Positions 1 through 9,964 of a stretch of DNA of 64,000 bases are shown piece by piece (the stretch's first letter is position 1; every line of letters begins with the position of its first letter). The stretch is from an uncultured Nitrospiraceae bacterium (GTDB taxonomy: Bacteria > Nitrospirota > Nitrospiria > Nitrospirales > Nitrospiraceae): positions 160,001 through 224,000 of the forward strand of contig CAVPLT010000002.1 in the NCBI GenBank assembly GCA_963706325.1, read 5' to 3'. Position numbers and translations under genes: made by a program. The notes under the pieces are model-generated. The model saw only the letters and a list, made by a program, of their open reading frames with translations. It was not told the origin of the DNA and ran no database searches.

Positions 1-286
1 GGATGACCATGATCGCGGCCGCGTTGATGGTGCCTTTGGCGAGAGAGGGCACCCCCATCATCGCAGTCTTGCCCCAGATCTCAATGCCGAAGACGTGCCA
101 CGAAATCAGATGGAATGCGATATAAGCGTGCACCGAAGCCAGGGCAATCATGCGATATGTGTGTCGTTTTGTTGGGGCCAGTGTGGAGGGGGGGTGAATC
201 TTGCAGGAGCCGTGGGAATCCTCTTTGCGACTGTCTATAGTGATGAGCTGCAGTTGCGGAGTTTGTGCTGCGGCGACAGGCTTCAT
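1..286 (-). CDS. N-terminus of a membrane protein, probably 4Fe-4S-binding/NapH-like family (runs off the window edge)
   Basis: Manual translation, not in the ORF track: MKPVAAAQTPQLQLITIDSRKEDSHGSCKIHPPSTLAPTKRHTYRMIALASVHAYIAFHLISWHVFGIEIWGKTAMMGVPSLAKGTINAAAIMVI, open to base 1. Hydrophobic helices; the family call is tentative. Confidence 0.55.
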   Translation of the reverse strand, partial: MKPVAAAQTPQLQLITIDSRKEDSHGSCKIHPPSTLAPTKRHTYRMIALASVHAYIAFHLISWHVFGIEIWGKTAMMGVPSLAKGTINAAAIMVI

Positions 287-1006
287 ACATAGCCCCCCAT
301 AGGTGGTGGATGTATTCCCACCTAACGCTGATATTTGCTATGGAACACCCTTCATGAAGAATAGTTGGGATTGTGAGGTTGTGCCATGCATCTAAAGGCG
401 GAGGGTGACGAGATAAAGGTACTGGCTGGTCGGATGGGACCACATTATTTTACTCACCAGGAAGGGCAGCACGAACTGAGAAGCGTTGGGAGATGAGGTC
501 GTCGCATTCAACCTTCATACTTCTTCTATTGGATAGATTAAGCGAGAGAGGAGAGCAATTTGTGAGCCATCCATCTCATTCCGCGCCACTCTTTATTTCT
601 CAATAAACCACGAGATCCAGAGCATCGGAGGGCAGTCACGCGTTGAACCTTACAAACTGTTTGCCCAGCCACTCGACGATTTCGCACGGGGTGACTTGAG
701 CGGGAACGCTCACTTAGAGGCGCTATTCGTCGTTGGGAGATGTTCGGAGCAGCCCTGACTGACCGTCGACGTGAGAGCAATGGCCTGCTGTCTTGGCTGC
801 TGGTTGAGGAAGTAATTCAAGGGGACAACCCACAACTCCATCCTTCCCTCCTTGCCGGAGCCAAAAACACCTATCACCTTCCCGTAATCACCCCGACCTC
901 GGTCTTCGTGGCCTGAGGAGCCAGTGAACAGCCAACAGCTTTCAAGACACTGGCTGACTGCACCGGTAGAAGCACGATGCACAGCGGGAAAGTCGAGAGA
1001 GTGAGG

Positions 1007-1288
1007 CTACAGCCGGCCGCGCTCTATTTCATGGAGGTAGATAAACCTGGGGGCTTTGACGCCGGCCGTTCGCCGGATCTCCACCAACTCCGGAGATTCA
1101 AAGAAGAGCCGGGCATTGTCCAACGAGGGCCACTCTGAGAAGTGAGCAATTGTATTGGCAGCCTGGTCATAGCGTAAAAGTTGGTACTTGATTTCTCCAG
1201 CTTGTTTTCTGATCCCTGCCGCGTGGTCGAACACGGATTTCCAGGCCGAATAGCTCTCGACTTCATGGATGATCAACACGTATGGCAT
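1007..1288 (-). CDS. Small dimeric alpha/beta-barrel (ABM/cyclase-like) protein
   Basis: 93 aa ORF with HEVESYSAWKSVFD...RRTAGV pattern; SD-like GAAGGTAG upstream. Confidence 0.75.
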   Translation of the reverse strand: MPYVLIIHEVESYSAWKSVFDHAAGIRKQAGEIKYQLLRYDQAANTIAHFSEWPSLDNARLFFESPELVEIRRTAGVKAPRFIYLHEIERGRL

Positions 1289-1731
1289 GTAACTCTACCT
1301 TCTTGGTGAGCTTCACGAGGCTGCTACGGTTGACGGTTAAAAATCTCAAGCAATTTCAGCAATGTCATTGTGGCGACTCTACTGCACAATCATAGGCGGA
1401 TGCATATCTTATTGCCAAGTGTGGATGAACTTATTCAAGCAGCTTTTCTTGAAATTGGACCATCTTTATCTGGTAGGCCATTATGCGAAGCGGAGGGCAC
1501 AGACAAACGCGGGTTCACGTCCGACTTGGCAAGCATCCGCCGTCTTCCGTGGGCGGTCATCGAGGCATTCGAAGGGTCTCTCATTTCTGAAATTGTGATG
1601 CGCGCTAACGTCGGCTACGGGAAAGCGCAATGTGGCCTGCCTGGGCGTTCGGAGCTTCGGCAGATCGTCTTGGAAACAAGGGAGGGCTGGCAACACCGGG
1701 CCCTTGCGGCCTACATTCGATCATCAACGGA

Positions 1732-1848
1732 GCTGAAATTCAGCGATTGGAAGGCCCGGAAATGTTTTGCCGGCTCCGTACTGAGTACCATCTTCCCCGC
1801 GGGAAAAAGGAACTCGTGCGTAAGGTTGCACAGCTAAAAAAAACGTGA
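1732..1848 (+). pseudogene. 3' remnant of a paralog of the small hypothetical gene at 25748-26011
   Basis: AEIQRLEGPEMFCRLRTEYHLPRGKKELVRK vs AEIAQLKGAELFRRLQSDFHLPRGKNELVRK (20/31 identical). Confidence 0.75.
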
Positions 1849-2015
1849 GGTGTCTGGTCTCAAGGTGCCGTACGCTTTCGTCTAGCTCACATCATCGACT
1901 CTGGGGGTGGCGGCACGTGGTGTCTGATCGGACACGCAGTCTCGACGGCAGCGCCCTCTCGTGACGAACCCTCAATGATTTGGAAACGTGTTTGTGCTGC
2001 GTGCATCGACCAGAA

Positions 2016-2473
2016 CTATTCTTCCTGCAGCCTGGAATCTCTCAAGATGTGGAGTGTCAATTGATCAGTATCGCCTTCGAAATACTTATGAAGGACATCT
2101 TGAAAAATGCTATGTCTGCCAGCAGTCTCCGTAAACAATGTCATGGATGATCTGAATTTAAAATTGTCGGGATAATTGAATATCTGTTCAACCGGACAAC
2201 CTTCCAGGCTCATGACAACTCCGGCGCATTCTCTGAGTCGTGAACCCAACAGCGGATGCTTCAGATATTCGTTGGCTTCTTCTAGAGATGTGATTGCGTA
2301 CTGCTCTGCCATGACACTGTCCCCTGGCCCCTGGCCCCTGGCCCTTTGATCTGGGGAAAGATGTACCACACCCAGTGGCCGCATTTTTTTCCGGCGCGTA
2401 GTTCCTCAAGGACCGATGCGTAGACTTTCGCTTGCGCTCCGATAAAGCGGTCCAGATTGTAGTGATCGTTCAT
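2016..2473 (-). pseudogene. DUF1810 family protein, frameshifted by a (CCAGGGG)3 tandem repeat
   Basis: N-half MNDHYNLDRF...HWVWYIFPQIKG and C-half DSVMAEQYAITSLEEA...HPLLGSRL are in different frames; removing two 7-mers restores one ORF. Confidence 0.85.
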
Positions 2474-2572
2474 TGGTTCGCCGCTCACATCGAGGTCGAG
2501 TTGTAACGCGCAGAGTGAGGAGACCCTCCACGCGGGGAGATAGGTTCTAATTACCAGAAGGTAGCCACCCGA

Positions 2573-3144
2573 TCATCCCACGCGTCGCAGCACGCGCACC
2601 CGTTCCCGGCCCTCGCGTCCTGGAAATGCCACGTCCGGAACGTAATCCTCCAGGATCTCATAGCCCTCCGCAAAGAGCGCCGTCAAAGCCTCTAGCTGCA
2701 TGGAAATGGCGGTCCCTCATTGCCTAGATCGAGTGCAGGATTACTGTACCAGACCCCGATCAGCAAGCCCCCAGGCCGTAGCGCCAGATCGACGCCACGC
2801 CGGTAGTCCGCGCGCAATGCCGGAGGCAGAGCGCACATGCAGTGTGTTCCAGCACCACGTCATAGGCGCCACGCATCTCTGGCGGCGGATCAAACAGGCA
2901 TCCTGTCACAAAGCGCTCCGCCAGATGGGGATACGCCACTCGCGCCTCGGCCGTTCCCGTCGGCGCGATGTCCAGTCCGGTCGCATCCAGGCCGTGCTCG
3001 ACCGCCAGCGCTACTTCATGTCCGCGGCCGGGCACCAGCGCGCGTCCGTGTAACGGATGATGTGCCAGATACTGCTTCATCGCCGGTGCCGGAGCGCCTT
3101 ATCCCAGCGGGGCTCGCCCATTTTGTACCACTCATCCAGTCCAC
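2573..3144 (-). pseudogene. Thiopurine-S-methyltransferase-like SAM methyltransferase, multiple frameshifts
   Basis: Pieces in different frames: ...GEPRWDK, RALVPG..GHE, GLDIAPT, YDVVLEHT.CAL, PGGLLIGVWY..EGPPF, GREGRERVRVLRRVG*. Confidence 0.75.
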
Positions 3145-3592
3145 GTGTTCCTTACCCATTCGGTCGGGCCTTACGGGCCTTGTTAGCATTGTGCTCAGCG
3201 ATGTTTCAACTGGGAGGAGAGGGACTGTGTGGTGATGCGGATGAATGGTAAAGAAAAGAAGGAATGCAGGCCGATACTGGGCATGTGCGAGGTGTGTAGT
3301 TTCTTGTGACGGCGATAGCCCTCCGAGTTGTCTGAATGCCCTTTGGAAGCTGATGGAAAACATCATTTATGCCGGTTTCACATCCCATCAAGCTTCTTGC
3401 TCCATGGGCTAATTGGGTGGTGGTATCGGGTCGTCAACCCGGTTTCTAAAGGTTCTGTTGGTTGTTGAGTCGTCACCATGCCACAATGACCATGGCCCTT
3501 CTTGATTCCATTGGTTAGGGGATAATCGAAAATCTCAGGATTCCCACGTGCTGCGGACCAGCTAAATATGCGAGTGCCTGTATGGAGGTGCA

Positions 3593-4153
3593 TTGCTTGT
3601 GACCACCCAGTATTACACCGCGTCAACTCTTGATGGATTTATCGCGACTCTCGACGACTCTCTCGACTGGCTGTTTCCCCTTGGTGATATTAACGAGACG
3701 GGGTATCCGTCGTTCATCAAAGAGGTGGGTGCCTTGGCCATGGGGTCCTCCACCTATGAGTGGATGTTGCGCAACGTCATCCATATGGATGGGCGAGAGG
3801 CGGTCGCCTGGCCGTATTCCCAGCCCACCTGGGTGTTCTCAAGTCGTCGCCTTCCCCTCGTAGAAGGGGCGGAGATCCGATTTGTGGAGGGGGACGTTCG
3901 CCCCGTTCATGCTCAGATGAAGGAAGCGGCGTGTGACAAGAACATCTGGCTAATCGGCGGGGGCGAATTGGTCGGACAGTTTTATGACGCCGAACTCCTC
4001 GACGAAGTGATTGTGCAAATTGGCTCTGTCACCCTCGGATCGGGTAAGCCGCTTCTGCCCCGCAGAATTACATCGCCCTCCCTCGTCCTTGAGTCGGCCC
4101 GCGCGATTGGTCCCGGTTTCGCGGAGCTGAGATACCGTGTCCCGCGCGGGTAA
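3593..4153 (+). CDS. Dihydrofolate reductase/RibD C-terminal family protein
   Basis: ASTLDGFIA, MGSSTYE, IWLIGGGELV, LGSGKPL motifs. Confidence 0.9.
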   Translation: MLVTTQYYTASTLDGFIATLDDSLDWLFPLGDINETGYPSFIKEVGALAMGSSTYEWMLRNVIHMDGREAVAWPYSQPTWVFSSRRLPLVEGAEIRFVEGDVRPVHAQMKEAACDKNIWLIGGGELVGQFYDAELLDEVIVQIGSVTLGSGKPLLPRRITSPSLVLESARAIGPGFAELRYRVPRG

Positions 4154-4304
4154 GGTCTGGTCGTCATTCGCTTGCGGGCGCGAGCGATTCTTTGAAGGTG
4201 GACCTCTCGCGCCTTAAAAACACGATATGGCTTGCTGGTCGAACCGCTACACCGTACGCACCAGGTGCGGGTCGGATCACGAACGTTCCCTGAAAGAAGC
4301 ACGA

Positions 4305-5765
4305 TTAATGGGTTACTGAAGATGTGTCGGAGGAAATGGTGTCGTCCGAAGGGATGTCACGAATCTGAATCGAGTCGACCCGTTGCTGGGCCAGGACATC
4401 CGAGATAATCACGACCTTATCTGCAACTTTGAATTCCTCGCGGTCCTTCAGAATTCGGAACGCTGTCTGCAGTGTTCTTTCAGGATCCGAACTGAAATCG
4501 ATTTTGAAGGGGAGGACGCCGCGATTGAGCAGCATGGTTCGTCGCGGTTGGCTCATGTTGGTAAAGGCATAGATGTTGGTAGAGAACGGACGGCAGTTGG
4601 CGACGAGATCGGCCATGAGTCCCCGTCTGGTGATCACGACGATACCTTTGGCCTTGACCCCCTCGGCGAGCTGAACGGCCGCCGCTGCCAATTGCTGCTT
4701 ATTCTCCGTGTTGCGCAGGTGCTTTGAAAACTGCAATCCGGGTATCGTTTCGGATTTCAGCGCAATCCGGCGGAGAAATTCGACACACTTCACGGGATAC
4801 TTCCCCACCGTGGTTTCACCGGACAGCATGACGGCATCGGCTTCCTCATAGATCGCGTTGGCGACGTCGGTGACCTCGGCGCGGGTGGGATGCGGATTGT
4901 GGATCATGGATTCGAGCAGATGTGTCGCGACGATCACGCGCTTGCCGTACTCAGCACAGAGTCGGACGATCGTGCGTTGGACATTCGGCAGATCTTCCAG
5001 GTTGATCTCCACACCCAGGTCTCCACGAGCAACCATGATGCCGTCCGATTCCTTGATGATGGCTTCCAGGTTCCGAACTCCTTCCTGGTCCTCGATCTTC
5101 GCGACAATCTTCACCCTTCCGACCTTCTCGCCCATCAGGGTCTTGAGTTGCTGGATATCCTCGGCCTCGCGCACGAATGAGAGGGCAATGAAGTCCACAT
5201 CCCGTTCCAGCCCGAATAGGATATCCTTGGTGTCCTTATGTGTGATCGCCGGGAGATTGACACGGACCCCCGGGAGATTCACGTGGCGCTTGCTCTTCAA
5301 GAGCCCGCCGTCCAAGACACGACAGCGCATGTGGCGTTCGTGCTTCTCCAGCACCTCGAAATTGATCAGCCCGTTGTCCACGGTGATCCTGTCCCCAACG
5401 TCGACCGCATCAAGCAAGTCCGCATAGTTGATCTGGATGGAGCTCTCTTCAACGTCCATCGGTCCGCGCGTGGTGACGGACACGATGTCGCCCTGCCGCA
5501 GATCAAGCTCGTTGGAGAGGTCTCCAGTGCGGATCTCCGGGCCTTGCGTGTCCAGAAGGATGGGGATGGGAAACTTCACCTTCCGGTTGAGTGTCTTGAT
5601 GTGCTGGATGACCTTGGCGTGGGACTCGTGATCGCCGTGGGACATGTTCAGCCGAGCGATGCTCATGCCGGCCTCGTAGAGCTTTTGCAGCATCTCGTAG
5701 GATTCCGTGGCGGGGCCGATCGTGCAGATGATGCGGGTCTTTTGCATAAAACTCCTTGGGGTCAA
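4305..5765 (-). CDS. pyk: Pyruvate kinase (true start probably the ATG at 5747)
   Basis: KTRIICTIGPA, RLNMSHG, DTQGPEIRTG, MVARGDLGVE, DAVMLSGET. Confidence 0.97.
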   Translation of the reverse strand: MTPRSFMQKTRIICTIGPATESYEMLQKLYEAGMSIARLNMSHGDHESHAKVIQHIKTLNRKVKFPIPILLDTQGPEIRTGDLSNELDLRQGDIVSVTTRGPMDVEESSIQINYADLLDAVDVGDRITVDNGLINFEVLEKHERHMRCRVLDGGLLKSKRHVNLPGVRVNLPAITHKDTKDILFGLERDVDFIALSFVREAEDIQQLKTLMGEKVGRVKIVAKIEDQEGVRNLEAIIKESDGIMVARGDLGVEINLEDLPNVQRTIVRLCAEYGKRVIVATHLLESMIHNPHPTRAEVTDVANAIYEEADAVMLSGETTVGKYPVKCVEFLRRIALKSETIPGLQFSKHLRNTENKQQLAAAAVQLAEGVKAKGIVVITRRGLMADLVANCRPFSTNIYAFTNMSQPRRTMLLNRGVLPFKIDFSSDPERTLQTAFRILKDREEFKVADKVVIISDVLAQQRVDSIQIRDIPSDDTISSDTSSVTH

Positions 5766-6063
5766 TGACCGAGCCCTGCTAGCGGAGGTGTTACCTCCAG
5801 ACTGATGTCGATTTCGTGCGGAGGGATCTGTAAATCCAGGTCATTCTACTTGGTCTCGTCGACCTCGTCTATTGCGGCGTAAGAGGCCGACGTGATTGGT
5901 GTCGCGGGAAGTGCTGTGCGATATCCCCTTTCACAGAGGCCTCTCATCGGCGTAGCAGTCGGAGAGGTTTCAAACAGGAGTCGTCCACACGACGGTTCAG
6001 GAGGTGATAGCTAAGGTCCAGCAGTAACTTGGAGCCAGAGGCACGGACGATCTTGCACCGAAG

Positions 6064-6176
6064 TGTTCTGATCAGTAAGTCTCTCGGACGATCATCGACG
6101 GTGCTCATGCATCCGAAGCATTCCTGAGCAGATTCAGAATAACCTGCTGAAGTTGTACACCGTCGCCGCTGATAAC
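6064..6176 (-). pseudogene. Fragment of a sensor histidine kinase HATPase domain (N-box)
   Basis: Manual translation VISGDGVQLQQVILNLLRNASDA, then after a frameshift MSTVDDRPRDLLIRT. Confidence 0.7.
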
Positions 6177-6520
6177 ACGAGGTCAATGGCAGGTTCCATA
6201 ATTTCCTTTCTCAGTTCGCCGACTGGAGTTTTTGAGCACAGGTAGACAAAATTCAGACGCAGCAGATTATTGAGGAGAGAGTCAATCAGGGTACGAACGA
6301 TCTGGGCTGGCTCGCTGCCACTCCATATTGCAGGTAGAGCGAGAAGGCTGACCAGAGCGGGAATGCAAGGCTGACGGTCGCGACGCCCATTGCGTTTGCA
6401 ACCTTGACTTCATGAGGTATCTCTCCTAGGTTCTTCCGACAGTCAGGCTGGCCGGCCACGTACAGCGCCTACAATCTTTAAGCTTACAGAGGGGTGCTAT
6501 GGCTATCGTCACGTTAACCA

Positions 6521-6928
6521 GTGCTACACAAGAACGCAGCGAGCAATTCTTATAGAAAGGACCGCACCATGAGTCTTCATACCATTGCCAGCCAGTTTGT
6601 GGAGTTGTGCAACCAGGGCAAGAACTTCGACGTTATGCATATGATGTACGCCCCCGACATCGTTTCCATTGAACCCAACGGCGAGGAAACTGCCGGCAAG
6701 CCACCGGTCATCGAGAAATCCGAACGCTTTCAAGCCCAAAACCCCATCTCCAGCGAGAAGGTTCGCGGTCCATTCTTGAATGGCTCTGACCAATTCGCGG
6801 TCCACTTCACCTTCGAAATCACCCCCAAAGCCACTGGCCAGCGGATCACTGTTGAAGAGGTGGGCGTCTACACGGTCAAGGATAGCAAGATCACGCGCGA
6901 GCAGTTTTTCAACGAAGGCCCGCGGTAA
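6521..6928 (+). CDS. SnoaL-like/NTF2-fold protein (true start probably the ATG at 6569)
   Basis: YAPDIVSIEP...FAVHF...EEVGVYTVKDSKITREQFF. Confidence 0.85.
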   Translation: MLHKNAASNSYRKDRTMSLHTIASQFVELCNQGKNFDVMHMMYAPDIVSIEPNGEETAGKPPVIEKSERFQAQNPISSEKVRGPFLNGSDQFAVHFTFEITPKATGQRITVEEVGVYTVKDSKITREQFFNEGPR

Positions 6929-7278
6929 CCGTATAGGCGGTTACAGACGTTGCAGTAGCCGTGCCGATCACTCTCCTCGTCGACGAGCGCGCTGATGAAG
7001 TGCATCTGTTCTATCATTCGATGGCGAGCTTCCGCGCTTCGTACGGAAGTGTGCCGGTTCACGCTGTTGCCGGAGATCTCGACGCGAGGATCGAGTCCCT
7101 TCTCGAGACGGCCGCGTGGTGACAGAGGGGGCATGAGGCAACACTGAACCACGTCCCGGTACCCAAGACGAGTGTCCTAGAAATGGTCGAACCGTTACCT
7201 GGGGTATGACTTACGCAGAGCTGACAGAACCGGTGAGTAGTTGGATAGGTACGCCTAACATTTCCAAGGAGGGTTGAT

Positions 7279-7809
7279 ATGTATCACAAGATCGGTGTCG
7301 CAATCGTGATTCTCGGCAGCATATGGGTCGGCAACAGTCATGCGGGTGAAGGGACGGTTCCCTCGCCGGAGGTTGCCAAGAGTGTCGGTCAGGCCCTGTT
7401 AAAAGCCTATACGTTTGAGCCTGTCCAGCCGAATCCGCCTAACCATCTGTGGCTTGACGAAGGGCACGGCCGGGTGCAGTTCCTCATGTTCGACAAGCCT
7501 GTCAGCGATCCCACTGCGACAGTGCAATGGGTAGGCCAAGGGGTCAAAGGCCGGTTTTGTGCTGAATCGCAGCCTGAATGTGGGAAGACAGGCTTTACGC
7601 ATTTTCATCGGACCAAAACTCCCGCTACCGGTGATACGTCCATGCATGGGGCGAAAGGCGAGGAAGGCTACTGGCTGAAGCATGTTGCAGTTGCCGAATT
7701 TGATGTGGAGCACAAAGGGGAACATGCAGGTCATGGAGGAGGAAAAACGCACTACAAACCAGGTGAGGTAGAGGATCAACCCCAGCCGACGACACCCAAG
7801 TGCGAGTAA
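7279..7809 (+). CDS. Exported His-rich hypothetical protein
   Basis: AAGGAGG SD, signal peptide ending SHA, 176 aa. Confidence 0.75.
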   Translation: MYHKIGVAIVILGSIWVGNSHAGEGTVPSPEVAKSVGQALLKAYTFEPVQPNPPNHLWLDEGHGRVQFLMFDKPVSDPTATVQWVGQGVKGRFCAESQPECGKTGFTHFHRTKTPATGDTSMHGAKGEEGYWLKHVAVAEFDVEHKGEHAGHGGGKTHYKPGEVEDQPQPTTPKCE

Positions 7810-7974
7810 CTGGTCGGTGTCAGGCCTTCTGGTTCGTGAACCGCGCCAACTGAGTACAAAGGTTCTTATCGAGTTTCGACTGAGATGGTGGCGATTCAAC
7901 AAGCAATCGTATTGTCTTTCCTCAAGGCTTATGTCTGAGAACACCCCATCCCACAGAATCCCAAGGAGGCCAAC

Positions 7975-8991
7975 ATGCCGCAGATGACCGCCGTTCAGCT
8001 TCGCTCACCCGGCGCCCCATTCGAAGTCGTCACACGAGAGATCCCGGCGCCTGGATCCAACCAGATACGCATCAAAGTACAGGCCTGCGGAGTCTGTCAT
8101 AGCGACCTGTTTGTCAAGGAGGGATATTGGCCTGGCCTGCAATACCCGCGCGTCACAGGGCATGAGGTGGCCGGAGTGGTCGATGAAGTTGGCGCAGGTG
8201 TGACGGCATGGAAAAAGGGCCAGCGTGTGGGTGTGGGCTGGCACGGTGGCCATTGTGGTCAATGCGAGCCATGCCGCCGTGGCGACTTCATGGGTTGTAA
8301 GTACTTCCAAGTGACCGGATTTCAGGAAGACGGCGGATACGCTCAGTACATGATCGCGAGGAGCGAAGCCGTGGCGGCGATTCCGGATGCGATTTCGCCG
8401 GTCGAAGCGGCCCCCCTTTTGTGCGCAGGCGTGACGACATTTAACAGTCTGCGGAAGAGTGGGGCAGTCGCAGGTGATCTCGTGGCTGTGCAAGGCCTGG
8501 GCGGACTCGGTCATCTTGGGATTCAGTTCGCGAGCAAAATGGGTTTTCACACGGTGGCGATTGGCCGAGGCAAAGACAAGGAGCCGCTTGCGCGGAAGCT
8601 CGGAGCCGCCCGATATCTGGATACCGATGCCGTCGACGCTGCGAAAGAATTGACAAGCTTGGGCGGCGCGGCGGTCATTCTCGCCACCGCTCCGGACAGC
8701 AAGGCCATGTCGGCGCTCATCGACGGTCTCGGGGTTGGAGGACAACTGCTGGTGGTCGGGGCATCAGCCGATCCCATTCACGTCACTCCCATTCAGCTCA
8801 TCGGCAGCCGCCGGTCTATTCAAGGCTGGCCATCAGGCACTGCCAGAGATTCCGAAGACACGCTGAACTTCTGCGCCCTCACGGGGATTCGCCCCATGAT
8901 CGAGACGTTGCCGCTTGAACAGGCCGCTGCCGGTTATGAGCGCATGTTGAGTGGCAAGGCGCGGTTTCGTGTGGTGCTCACCATGAACTAA
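7975..8991 (+). CDS. Zinc-dependent alcohol dehydrogenase
   Basis: CHSD, GHEVAG, CGQCEPC..C structural Zn site, GLGGLG. Confidence 0.95.
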   Translation: MPQMTAVQLRSPGAPFEVVTREIPAPGSNQIRIKVQACGVCHSDLFVKEGYWPGLQYPRVTGHEVAGVVDEVGAGVTAWKKGQRVGVGWHGGHCGQCEPCRRGDFMGCKYFQVTGFQEDGGYAQYMIARSEAVAAIPDAISPVEAAPLLCAGVTTFNSLRKSGAVAGDLVAVQGLGGLGHLGIQFASKMGFHTVAIGRGKDKEPLARKLGAARYLDTDAVDAAKELTSLGGAAVILATAPDSKAMSALIDGLGVGGQLLVVGASADPIHVTPIQLIGSRRSIQGWPSGTARDSEDTLNFCALTGIRPMIETLPLEQAAAGYERMLSGKARFRVVLTMN

Positions 8992-9067
8992 ACCGAACGT
9001 TGTCTGACCACGACAAGCTGAATCTACAGGCAGCGCGGCTTGGATAAATAGGAGGGGAGACCACACC

Positions 9068-9623
9068 ATGCGTCAATTCATCAAAGTGCGCGCTCACATA
9101 TGTCTGTGGTCATGTGTCTTGATCCTGCTCTTCAGCGTGGTTGGTCGTTCTCTGCCGTCCGTCGCGGTGGCGCAAGAGATCACCGTATCTGACCAGACCT
9201 TCGGATGCATCCTGGACTGGCCGAAGGTCCGCAATACGCGTTTCAAGCATTCTGATCCGGAGAAGTTGAAGGAGGCGATGCGGATTCTTCGGGACAGCGT
9301 GCCGGACAAGGAGTATCCGGTGGGTACTATCCTCCAGCTTATTCCGTTTGAAGCCATGGTGAAACATCCGCGGGAAAAGTTTCCCGAACACGAACGGCTG
9401 GGAGTTTTTCTTTCTGGATGTCTCCAAGGAAGGGACCAAGATCGCCGATCGAGGCGAGCAAGTGGTGAATCGTTCTCAAGGGGTCACGTGCTTAAGTTGT
9501 CATCAACCGGCCGCGAGATTTGACTTCGTCTGCGAAAAGGGGCACGGCTGCGCTCCTATCCCGTTCGATGATCAAAAGATTGCCGAGATCCAGAAGTCCG
9601 ACCTTCGCTGTACGAAGAAGTAG
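9068..9623 (+). pseudogene. Exported c-type cytochrome, cytochrome P460-like, with one +1 frameshift at ~9380-9385
   Basis: Signal peptide; YPVGTILQLIPFEAMVKHPREKF, then in the shifted frame PNTNGWEFFFLDVSKEGTKIADRGEQVVNRSQGVTCLSCHQPAARFDFVCEKGHGC...CTKK* with CxxCH. Confidence 0.75.
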
Positions 9624-9654
9624 GCGGGCACGCAAACGGATGGAGATTTTTTCA

Positions 9655-9838
9655 AATACAGTCGAGGCCAGAGGATAAGATGCCAGTAATTTGGCACCAA
9701 ACAATAGCAGGCGATACGCATGTTGGTACCGGTATGTGCCTGAGTCAGCGCGCCTATCGAAGAACGGCGGTCGTCCCGCGTGCCGGTTCAGAACGTGATA
9801 GACGAGATTTCAGAAGCAAGGCCTGGACGGCGAGGCAT
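9655..9838 (-). mobile_element. Degraded 5' fragment of a Y1/IS200-like (RAYT-type) transposase
   Basis: Manual translation across frameshifts: MPRRPGLAS..LVYHVLNR..GRPPFF...MRIACYCLVPNYWHLILWPR; matches the RAYT N-terminus and HUH motif (consensus YCLMPNHWHL). Confidence 0.75.
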
Positions 9839-9964
9839 CGTGAATTGTTTGACGACACTGTTGAGCGCCGCGCAAGAAGAGAATCTCGATCCATTCTCGA
9901 TCCGTTCCTCTCCGTCGGATGGTTCTGGGGTTCAAATGTTTGAGTGCAAGACCGGACTCAATAT

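Noticed and set aside
1604..1655. attC-like site (CTAAC...GTTCGG)
   Set aside because: The ends pair imperfectly, there is no convincing internal L-box symmetry, and there is no integron integrase.
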